DNA from: a virus
IMG/VR virus record: IMGVR_UViG_3300037478_000520
Location: 32,001-96,000 of that record
DNA: 64,000 nt
Strand: one strand, 5' to 3'
Part shown: positions 17,117-25,311 of the stretch, piece after piece
Numbering within the stretch: position 1 is the stretch's first letter
How the letters are laid out: every line of letters starts with the position of its first letter
Position numbers and translations under genes: made by a program
Notes under the pieces: generated by a model
Databases searched by the model: none
Seen by the model: the letters and a program-made list of their open reading frames with translations, nothing else
Told to the model about the DNA's origin: nothing

Positions 17117-19767
17117 GACGATGTGCTATTTGTGATGAGACCCAGATTCGTCAGCGCCGCCAGCAGACTGACTAGCGCCGCGCCACTCGTCCGTGACCCC
17201 GTGACCCCGGGCCGTCCGATCGGTGTATTGCCGAAGAACCCTAGGTCACCGTCAAGCGTGTCGACCACGTTGTCCAGCGTATGACCGATGATCGCCTGCC
17301 CGTAGTCGCTGGTACCGATGCCGCCACGGAAGTACGCGCTTCCACCGTCCGACCCGGTTCCTGTGGCGGACTGCGCCTGCACGATCAAATCCGTTCCGAC
17401 GGTCGACGTAGCCGCCGTGTCTTGAATCTGAATCGTTGCCGCGCCTGCAAAGTTGAGGCCGGTTGCGATGCCTCCCTGACGCCATGCGCTGGCGTTGTAA
17501 CCCTCGACCTCACTCGTCGTGGTGTTGTAGATCATCATCCCAGCTTCGGGGGTGAGCGTGTCGCGCTGGCCCGTGTTGAGACGATTGAGAAGCAGCGCTC
17601 CATTCGTCGTGTCCAGCCTAAGTGAGGCCGAACCCGTGACCGCTCCGGACCCGCCAAGACGTAGCCGGATGCCGTCAACGTCGGCGAACAGGTCAGAGAA
17701 CACGACCGCGTTGCCCGCCTCGTTGACGACAGGGTACTTGCCCGCTGCGCTCGTGTAGTTCGCAGGCGTGTCTGTCAGCGCGATAAATGTGGTCGACCCA
17801 CCTCCATCGTCGACCGCCGCCCAAGTGGAACCGTTGTAGACCTCGAGCTGCGCTGTCGTCGTGTTCCAAACGATGTCGCCATCCTCGGCCGGCAGCGCGT
17901 TTCGCTCCGTCGTGTCCAGACGGCTAGCGAACGTGACGTGGAACTCCAGACCGGTTTCCGCGTTGTTGATGCGCGGAACGGCGCGGGCGAACGCAGTGCC
18001 AGCGGACGTGTACGAAGATGGCGTGTCGGTCAGGCTAAGAAACGTGGTCGAACCAACCCCGATCTGAAACCACGCAGACCCGTCGTAGGCGTCGATGGTA
18101 TTGGTCGTCTCGTTGTAGACGACCAGACCCTCTCGCGGGCTGCTGATCGCGTCGCGCTCGGCGGTCGTGACGGTCGGGAAACCGATCCCTAGGTTGACGC
18201 TCTGGAAGTCGATTGCCGCGCTAGCGTGTGGGGTCGTGCCACCGAGGGAGATTTGCGCGACGTTCCTGATGTCGAACGCGTTGAAATCGAGGTTCGCGTC
18301 AATCTCGGGCTGAATCGGCCGGATGATCAGCGCGTCGGAGCCAAGGCTGACCAGTGCATCGGTGTTCACCGCAAACATGTTGTTCGCGTACTTCGAACCG
18401 CTGTTGACGAAGAACTGCCGTCCAGGCGGGAACTGGTAGTTAAATTGGAATCCAGGAGCTCGCGACCAAGCACCCGAAGAAGCGGTGTAGACACCGTTCT
18501 CGCTCGGTGCGGATTGGTTGGCTACGAGCACCGGGTATCCCTCTGACAGGATCACACCGTCGACATCCGCCAGCCCGCTCAGCCCATGGTCGGATACCGT
18601 CGCCGCCTGAACGAAGGCGAGCCTGTCCAGCTCGTTGAGCATAGGGACGATGGCAATTGCTGTAGCGCCAACCGTGATGGCCGTGTCATTGACGACGCTA
18701 AACAGCTTGTCACCGTAGGTAGCGCCCTCGTTGACGTAGATCATCAGGCCGCCGAAGATTCCGGCCCCAGTGTCATACGGAACCGTGCGCGTCCAAGCGC
18801 CCGCAGTGTCGACCGTGTAGATGCCGTTCTGGGAAGGGGTGGTCTGCGCCCAACACAGGAACGTGTCACCGGTAACCAGGGTCACCGTATCGGAAACCGC
18901 TGGTCCCGTGAGAGGAGCATTACCGGTCGCTGCAGCACGCACGATTGCGTAGCCGGACGAAGTCGCGCTTGTCGACGTGATCGCCACCCAGCTCGACCCA
19001 TCCCAGTATTCAAACTGGTTGGTCGTCTCGTTCCAGATGAGCAGTCCTGTCGCCGGAGATCCGATTGCGTCTCGCTCGGCGGTCGTCAGCGACGGGATTA
19101 GAATTCCGCTATTGTTGACCTGGGAGAAGTCGATGATCGCGCTCGCGTCACCCGACGTTCCGGAGATGATCGACCCGCCATTCAGAATCAGGTCGCCGCC
19201 GTTTAGGTTCAGGTCGCCATCGATGAGCGGCTGCAGCGGCCCGATGTTGATCGACGTCGTGCCGATGAGTACGGCGTTGTCGTTGCGAACCGAGAAGAGC
19301 GTGTCGCCGAAGCTCGCGCCGGCTTTCACGTAGATCAACTGACCGGGGAAAATCTCCGGGTCGGCATCGTAGGCAGCCGCGCGCGTCCACGCTCCGCTTG
19401 TGTTGACCTCGTAGATGCCATTCTCAGTGCCAGCCGATTGCATCCACGCGAGCACAAGGTCGCCGTTGATCAGCGCCGTACCGTCGATCGTCCCGCCGCC
19501 CGTCAGTGCATGGTTGCCCGTGGTGGCCAGTCGCACAACCGCTGCGCCCCACCCGCTACCGCCGTCTCCGCCGCCCACTCCACCACCGCCGCCGCCACCA
19601 ACCGCGCCCGACATGTCGACGACGTAGCGACGGTTCGGCGAGTCGGCGGAGCCAACCGCACCGGGCGCAACGATGTTCAGGATCTTATAGGTCCCGTCGA
19701 TCGTGAGTCCGTTGACCTGGATCTCGTCGATGCCGATGTGAATCCAGGACGGTGGTGTTCGTGGCAT
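17113..19767 (-). CDS. Tail fibre-like modular protein
   Basis: Three copies of the VR.AT.....L.G...DG..L..GD..L...Q....NG.Y....GAW.R module and repeated LTTAERDAI.SP..GL motifs. Confidence 0.85.
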   Translation of the reverse strand: MPRTPPSWIHIGIDEIQVNGLTIDGTYKILNIVAPGAVGSADSPNRRYVVDMSGAVGGGGGGGVGGGDGGSGWGAAVVRLATTGNHALTGGGTIDGTALINGDLVLAWMQSAGTENGIYEVNTSGAWTRAAAYDADPEIFPGQLIYVKAGASFGDTLFSVRNDNAVLIGTTSINIGPLQPLIDGDLNLNGGDLILNGGSIISGTSGDASAIIDFSQVNNSGILIPSLTTAERDAIGSPATGLLIWNETTNQFEYWDGSSWVAITSTSATSSGYAIVRAAATGNAPLTGPAVSDTVTLVTGDTFLCWAQTTPSQNGIYTVDTAGAWTRTVPYDTGAGIFGGLMIYVNEGATYGDKLFSVVNDTAITVGATAIAIVPMLNELDRLAFVQAATVSDHGLSGLADVDGVILSEGYPVLVANQSAPSENGVYTASSGAWSRAPGFQFNYQFPPGRQFFVNSGSKYANNMFAVNTDALVSLGSDALIIRPIQPEIDANLDFNAFDIRNVAQISLGGTTPHASAAIDFQSVNLGIGFPTVTTAERDAISSPREGLVVYNETTNTIDAYDGSAWFQIGVGSTTFLSLTDTPSSYTSAGTAFARAVPRINNAETGLEFHVTFASRLDTTERNALPAEDGDIVWNTTTAQLEVYNGSTWAAVDDGGGSTTFIALTDTPANYTSAAGKYPVVNEAGNAVVFSDLFADVDGIRLRLGGSGAVTGSASLRLDTTNGALLLNRLNTGQRDTLTPEAGMMIYNTTTSEVEGYNASAWRQGGIATGLNFAGAATIQIQDTAATSTVGTDLIVQAQSATGTGSDGGSAYFRGGIGTSDYGQAIIGHTLDNVVDTLDGDLGFFGNTPIGRPGVTGSRTSGAALVSLLAALTNLGLITNSTSS

Positions 19768-19944
19768 TTGGTTACATTCGCTCCCGAGGCGCGGTCGTGT
19801 GGTCTAGAAGGATGGGGCTTCCATGAGGGAACTTGCACGCGTAGGCACGCATACCGTCACGGTCGAACGACGGCGCGCGTTCCAGAGGAGAACCGCAAAG
19901 CCGGCATCGGACGACTATCGACTTTCCAGCGAACTCGATTTCCA

Positions 19945-20838
19945 TCAGTCTGCCGCAGCGTCCTGCAGGCCGAGCACGATGACTGTGAAATTCATCTTAT
20001 CGATGGGATATCCCAACTGCTTGATCTTGCCACCGTCATTCAAGTCAGCGAACGGGTACAAGCAGTAGAGTGAGAATTCCTGGTTGGTGCGCGAAAACCC
20101 GGTGCTTTCGAAATTGTGGAACGGTCGCACCTCAGCGAATCGGGCTGCACCGGTGTTAGGGTCGGTCGAAAGCAGCCAACTAGATGTCACAAACACGCCG
20201 TAGTTGACGGTAGGAAATCCATCTGTCATGCGAACACGCATGTAAGGTCCGCTCGAGACAATCGATTCGATGTTGAACCCATCGATGATTGTGTTGTCGT
20301 AGATGTGCGCCCACGCCTTGATTGTGTTGCGTGCGGTGATCGTGTTTACGAAGCCAGTTGAGTGGTGAGGATTTACTTGCGACGACGCACCCGTGTGCTG
20401 GGCGAACCGGATGTGCCCGCGAGACAAGAGTGCCTTACCGCCGCTCATGCCTTGCGCCTCGATCGCATGGCCGTTCAGCGACTGCGCAAATACTCCGACC
20501 GCTTCACCGTTTTCGGCAAGGCCTGTCACGGCCTTGTGGAATCTCGTATCTCCAGTGCTCGTTCCAACCAGACCAAAAGGAGCCGTCCCGAGCACCCCGA
20601 TCCCAGTTGCCTCGTTTGAAATGCCATGGATGGCGTTGCCCGTGTTGCCGTTGTCGGCGACCTCCAAGGCACGAGTCGAGAAGTTCTTGGTAGGGAGCAC
20701 CGTCTGAACGATCGCCTTCATTCGATCGGCAAGCCGCTTCCCGAACTCCACGCTAGCCGCGGTGACTTCCTCGCCAGGGTTGGGTACCTGGATTGTCTCA
20801 GTCGATGTGGCGCCGTCCGGCGTGTAGGTCGTTGGCAT
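19945..20838 (-). CDS. Tail fibre/baseplate-associated protein
   Basis: LADR motif after the N-terminus, Gly-rich beta repeats; position after the gpI-like gene. Confidence 0.7.
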   Translation of the reverse strand: MPTTYTPDGATSTETIQVPNPGEEVTAASVEFGKRLADRMKAIVQTVLPTKNFSTRALEVADNGNTGNAIHGISNEATGIGVLGTAPFGLVGTSTGDTRFHKAVTGLAENGEAVGVFAQSLNGHAIEAQGMSGGKALLSRGHIRFAQHTGASSQVNPHHSTGFVNTITARNTIKAWAHIYDNTIIDGFNIESIVSSGPYMRVRMTDGFPTVNYGVFVTSSWLLSTDPNTGAARFAEVRPFHNFESTGFSRTNQEFSLYCLYPFADLNDGGKIKQLGYPIDKMNFTVIVLGLQDAAAD

Positions 20839-20844
20839 GCGTTG

Positions 20845-21528
20845 CTACCCGTTCCAGTACACAGCGGCTCCGCTGCGTTGTGTTGGATCTCCCCATGTCC
20901 CGTCAGGCTGCTCGACGGCCCACGTTCCAGGATCCGTGACCACAATGATGTGTGAGCACCACGTATGCGCAGGCTTCCACTGCCGGATGATTTGCCGGAT
21001 GTCCGCTAAGTGCGTTGTGTTTGCCCCGAGCCCATCCCAAGGGTGCCCGTCGTCGTAAAGGCTTCCATCGTCGTACTCGATGCCCGCCTCGTGCGTGAAC
21101 GGGTGACCGGTGAGTACGACCCAAAAGCGCGCCCACGCGCCGGTGTTTCCGTCCCAATCCCAGTCATCGTTTTCAACGACCTCGGCCGTGTAGCCGAGCA
21201 AGGCTAGCTGCGAAACGATCGCGTGTGGCGTGCCTGCAAACAACCATGCAGTCCACGCGTCGCCAAGACGAGCCCGATATTGCTGAGCCGTCTCGGACGG
21301 GACCTTGCCCATCTTACGTTCGGTGCCGATCAGCTTCAGAACGCTCGGGAGGCCGCTCGGATTGCGGAATGCCCGCGCGCGAATAGCAAGCGTGTCGCCT
21401 TCTAGCCCCAAGTGATTCAAGAACGGGCAGATCGTTCCGAAGTACCGGTCTGCGTTGGGTCCAGAATAGCAACTCGGCATGACTTCGAGTTGGTAGTCGA
21501 AGTACGCGGTCTCCGGAGTCTTAGTCAT
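20845..21528 (-). CDS. Baseplate wedge protein (P2 gpI-like)
   Basis: IG.ER......ET..QYRARL..AW..W..AGT; IRQWKPAH. Confidence 0.8.
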   Translation of the reverse strand: MTKTPETAYFDYQLEVMPSCYSGPNADRYFGTICPFLNHLGLEGDTLAIRARAFRNPSGLPSVLKLIGTERKMGKVPSETAQQYRARLGDAWTAWLFAGTPHAIVSQLALLGYTAEVVENDDWDWDGNTGAWARFWVVLTGHPFTHEAGIEYDDGSLYDDGHPWDGLGANTTHLADIRQIIRQWKPAHTWCSHIIVVTDPGTWAVEQPDGTWGDPTQRSGAAVYWNG

Positions 21529-21536
21529 CGCTATGA

Positions 21537-22745
21537 TTAGACCGGCACAACGTCAGCGATGGTGATCTGCGGTATCGCGACGAAGCCTTTTGGAATCGAC
21601 TGGTTTACGGCCGGCGAAAAAGTCAGGTTGACGACCCCAGGAACAGCCGCAGCGGATCGGTAAACCTGTCCAATAAGTAGAAACCCTCCGAAGTCCAGCG
21701 GGTCGACCTTGGTGCCGCCGATCGGCACGAGCGCGAAGTAGTCCTCAATTGCTTCAGTTACCGCGACGGCGATGCCGTCCTGATAGGCAGCCTCACAAAT
21801 GATGACCACTGAGATGGCGATCGGAATGTCAGTTGCGGATTGGATGGTAACCGTCGAGCCGATTGGAACGCGGCGTACGATTCCGAGTCCCGCATTGCCA
21901 TTGACGTAGTCGTTGACATCCGTGACGGATGCCGCGTCAGCACCACCTGTGACGGTAGCCAAGTACACACCGACGTTTCCTGTCCCAGTCGCGTCCTGGT
22001 CGTCGACTTGAACGCGGGTAACCGCTTCGGCGGCGAGAAGCGCCCAGTAGATGTAGGCGTCTCGTGGACCTGTGGCGAATGCGAGCGTTGCCCACTTGCT
22101 CGTGTTGCGAACTTTGAGCTTTAGATCCGACTCCTCGTTGGCGCCCTCGATAGTCAGCCATGATTCGACCGGAGTTAGCGGAGGATTTGGGAAGTTGGTT
22201 AGCGTGACTCCGCTGATCGGAGTCTGGAGTTCCAGCGTGGAAGTCGCGCTCGTAGCCAGTTGCGTGCCGACGTTGCCATCCGCTCCAGCCACTTCCGCTT
22301 TCAACAGGAACTGGTACGCGACCAACGGGTCTACGATCGTCCCAGCGCTGTCGATGCGGTAGGTTAGTCCCGTGTTCCGGTCGACGACCACTTGCTCGCC
22401 AGCAACGATATCAATCGGCAGCGATGCGTCCGACCCGGCGGTGAGTTGAACGTATCCCTCCGTCCGCACCGCCTGCAGTCGTTGGTTGTCGTAGTGGCTG
22501 TCCGAGAATACGGTCAGCCAGTCACCCTCTGCAGTTTGGTTGTAGCCACCGCGCGCAATCAGCGCAGTAACCCGCGTGCGGTCTGCGAAGAACGCCGCGC
22601 ACGCGAACGCGATGTCGCGTGCTGCCGTGCCATCGCCCCACGCCGTTATGTCGATCTCATGTTTTCGGAGTTGCTCGATGAGAAACTCCTCCGCCTCATC
22701 GAGAGAGAGAATCTCGGAGAGTTGCTCAATCGTTGGTGACGCCAC
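21537..22745 (-). CDS. Baseplate J/gp47-family protein
   Basis: TAEGDWL, AEVAGADGNV, GANEESD..LK.R, G..DAYIYWAL, GTGNV.VY. Confidence 0.9.
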   Translation of the reverse strand: MASPTIEQLSEILSLDEAEEFLIEQLRKHEIDITAWGDGTAARDIAFACAAFFADRTRVTALIARGGYNQTAEGDWLTVFSDSHYDNQRLQAVRTEGYVQLTAGSDASLPIDIVAGEQVVVDRNTGLTYRIDSAGTIVDPLVAYQFLLKAEVAGADGNVGTQLATSATSTLELQTPISGVTLTNFPNPPLTPVESWLTIEGANEESDLKLKVRNTSKWATLAFATGPRDAYIYWALLAAEAVTRVQVDDQDATGTGNVGVYLATVTGGADAASVTDVNDYVNGNAGLGIVRRVPIGSTVTIQSATDIPIAISVVIICEAAYQDGIAVAVTEAIEDYFALVPIGGTKVDPLDFGGFLLIGQVYRSAAAVPGVVNLTFSPAVNQSIPKGFVAIPQITIADVVPV

Positions 22746-22746
22746 G

Positions 22747-23148
22747 TCAATTGACCTCTCGGAGCAGCTCGACCGTCAGGTCAGGAAACTCGACCACAGC
22801 CTCAAACGGCCCATCTCGGTCGGTCAGACGAAGATGAATCTGGATGTGATTCGGGTCGTTGCTGTGCGTCGTCACCGTCACGGATGCATTGAGGACCCGC
22901 TCATCCTGCTCGGCCTGCTCAGTGCACTTGGCGTTGATGTAGGATCCCGTGACACCGCTCGCGCTGAGCTGCGCTTTCAGGTCAAACCCGCGAGCAGGCG
23001 ACCTCGGCCAGTGCCCGCGCGCGTAGGTGAAACGTCGAGCGATGTCGATCGCCAGTGCGCGACGCCCCGAGCACGTCGAAATGGTCGCGCTGAAGTCAAG
23101 CCCCGGGCCGAAGCCGTCGAATGTGCTTCCAAGTCCAAGGTTTGCCAT
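22747..23148 (-). CDS. Baseplate gp25/gpW-like protein
   Basis: SG...LA..IARR, GFDL, EQDERV; position before baseplate J. Confidence 0.75.
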   Translation of the reverse strand: MANLGLGSTFDGFGPGLDFSATISTCSGRRALAIDIARRFTYARGHWPRSPARGFDLKAQLSASGVTGSYINAKCTEQAEQDERVLNASVTVTTHSNDPNHIQIHLRLTDRDGPFEAVVEFPDLTVELLREVN

Positions 23149-23222
23149 GTTTTCCCAAACGGTTCCGCTGAGTTAGGGGTATCCGGTTGTTCGCCGTTCG
23201 CTGACGACGTACGCTTTTCGCT

Positions 23223-24284
23223 ATGCGCACGACCATCTTCCTATTTGCGCTCGTCGCGGCATGCGCCGCGGAGCAAGCCCCCACCACGCCCTCTGAGCCC
23301 GTCCAGCGCGACGCCGTGACGCTCGGTACCGGCGGTGGCGCGCGGGCAGTGCGGGGCGACGTGGGGCTTTCTCTGGCCGCGTTTGGCGACGATGGCGCCG
23401 ACGATCCGAGTGGCCAGGGTCCGAATGGCCCAGGCGGCGCGGTCGACCCTTCGGAGTCGACTCCGGACCCTCCTGAGCAGCTGGCCGGCACGGACATGCC
23501 GGTTGCCGGAGGCGGGGCGCCGGAGCCGGTGGATTCGACAAGCGACGTTGCGAGCCCAATCCCGAGCGGTGAGTTGGCCAACTTGCTGATCGTGTTTGAT
23601 CGCTCCCAAAGCATGGGGGAGCGGTGGAGTGGTGAGCCGCGCTGGCAAGCGGCCGGCCTCGCCGTTGCCCGTGCCATGAGCGCGTTGCAGCCCGACCACC
23701 TCGGCGCCATCACGACAGGCGCTGTGCTTTTGCCAACGCCGGACCCGAACGCTACGCCGACATGCGTCGAGCCCTCCGGGGTTACCTGCGTCTTCGTTCC
23801 AGGCGAACCGGCTGACGCGGACAACTGCATGGTAGCGCCCGGGGCGACCTCGCACATTGCACTCACGTCGGGCTACGATTTCTTGGACGCGTTCACCGTT
23901 GGGCCAGATGGAGCGCCGTTCTACTTCCCGATTCAGAGCGGCTCCACGCCTCTGAGGGAGGGACTGCTAGAAGCTCAGCGCGCGCTCGGCGACGCGACTC
24001 TTGTGGGGCAAACCGCCGTGGTCGTGATCACAGACGGCGAACCGGACTGCGGATGGGACGCTAGCGTCGCCACCAGCGTGGTGGCCGAATGGCGCGAGCA
24101 AGGCATCATCACCTACGTGATTGGGCTGCCCGGCCCAGACGGGGCGTTCGCCGGTGGTGCTGGCGGGGCATCGGCACTGAATGCCATTGCCGTGGCGGGC
24201 GGAAGCGTGTCGATGATCACGCCGGGCAGCGCTCCGGGCATGCAAGCTAAGTTGCTGTCGATCTTGCGTGGCGAGGCGCTGTGA
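23223..24284 (+). CDS. vWA-domain lipoprotein (moron)
   Basis: Lipobox LVAAC, MIDAS FDRSQSM, STPL, VVITDGEP, TYVIGLPG; opposite strand to the tail genes. Confidence 0.88.
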   Translation: MRTTIFLFALVAACAAEQAPTTPSEPVQRDAVTLGTGGGARAVRGDVGLSLAAFGDDGADDPSGQGPNGPGGAVDPSESTPDPPEQLAGTDMPVAGGGAPEPVDSTSDVASPIPSGELANLLIVFDRSQSMGERWSGEPRWQAAGLAVARAMSALQPDHLGAITTGAVLLPTPDPNATPTCVEPSGVTCVFVPGEPADADNCMVAPGATSHIALTSGYDFLDAFTVGPDGAPFYFPIQSGSTPLREGLLEAQRALGDATLVGQTAVVVITDGEPDCGWDASVATSVVAEWREQGIITYVIGLPGPDGAFAGGAGGASALNAIAVAGGSVSMITPGSAPGMQAKLLSILRGEAL

Positions 24285-24471
24285 AACCCTGCAAAGAGTC
24301 TGAAAAGCCAATCGGTCAAACCGCGATGGACTGTCCGCATTGCGGGGCTAACCCCGCATCCCATCCAGCACCGCGCACAGCATCGCAATCGCGACGATCA
24401 GCGTTGCGAGATCGATAGCGTCGATCATTGTTCTGGCCTGTCTGCCACCCCCGGATGTGGGCGACGTCTGA

Positions 24472-24663
24472 TTCGCGAGAGGTCCGGTGGCGCGAAAACC
24501 CCGGGGACCGCTCGCAAACTGGCTAAGAATGCGGGGATATTAGCGAAATCCGATGGTCGTCAGCCCAAAGCAGCTTCCGTGGTAAACGTCCTGTAGCGCG
24601 TAGCGACAGGCACTCGCAAACCGACTTGCAAGCGCGTGGGATCTTTGACAATCTAGCGGACCT
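24472..24663 (+). promoter_or_regulatory. CRISPR leader 2
   Basis: Shared with leaders 1 and 3; ends GGGATCTTTGACAATCT. Confidence 0.85.
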
Positions 24664-25287
24664 GTCGCACAAGGCCCTCGGCGCCTTTGAAGCCGAGACT
24701 CCTGTGCTCCGGGCGGGGCGACCATTGCGAGGCAGTGTCGCACAAGGCCCTCGGCGCCTTTGAAGCCGAGACTTGTGCTCGAGGGCGCGCAAGGCATCGG
24801 AAAGTCTACCGCGGTCGCACAAGGCCCTCGGCGCCTTTGAAGCCGAGACGTGGGGGCGAGCGCGGTGGCGCGCGCCGGACTCGGGTAGTCGCACAAGGCC
24901 CTCGGCGCCTTTGAAGCCGAGACCGGCTGCAGGACGTGCTGGATTGGCTTGCGAGCCGGGGGGTCGCACAAGGCCCTCGGCGCCTTTGAAGCCGAGACGT
25001 GATCAGCCGCGTAGACCGCCAGCAGCGTCCACGCGGTCGCACAAGGCCCTCGGCGCCTTTGAAGCCGAGACTCTTGTTCTTGCATCTCTCCAAGAATCGC
25101 CCTATGGGGGTCGCACAAGGCCCTCGGCGCCTTTGAAGCCGAGACCCCAATCCCAGGTCGGAGACGGAACTCGCGCAGTCGTCGCACAAGGCCCTCGGCG
25201 CCTTTGAAGCCGAGACCGTAGGTCTGTGAGCACGTGGTGCAAGCCGATGGAGTATCACAAGGCCCTCGGCGCCTTTGAAGCCGAGAA
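24664..25287 (+). CRISPR. CRISPR array 2 (orphan): 9 repeats, 8 spacers
   Basis: Repeat GTCGCACAAGGCCCTCGGCGCCTTTGAAGCCGAGAC; degenerate last repeat. Confidence 0.98.
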
Positions 25288-25311
25288 ATCAGATGAAGTG
25301 CGCCTAGTGCG

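Noticed and set aside
24348-24428. 26-aa hydrophobic minus-strand ORF as a type I toxin
   Set aside because: No convincing RBS or antisense partner, and too short to support.
24646-24675. TTGACA in the leaders as the array -35 box
   Set aside because: No good -10 at 16-18 nt; it would fall inside the first repeat. More likely a leader-anchoring motif.
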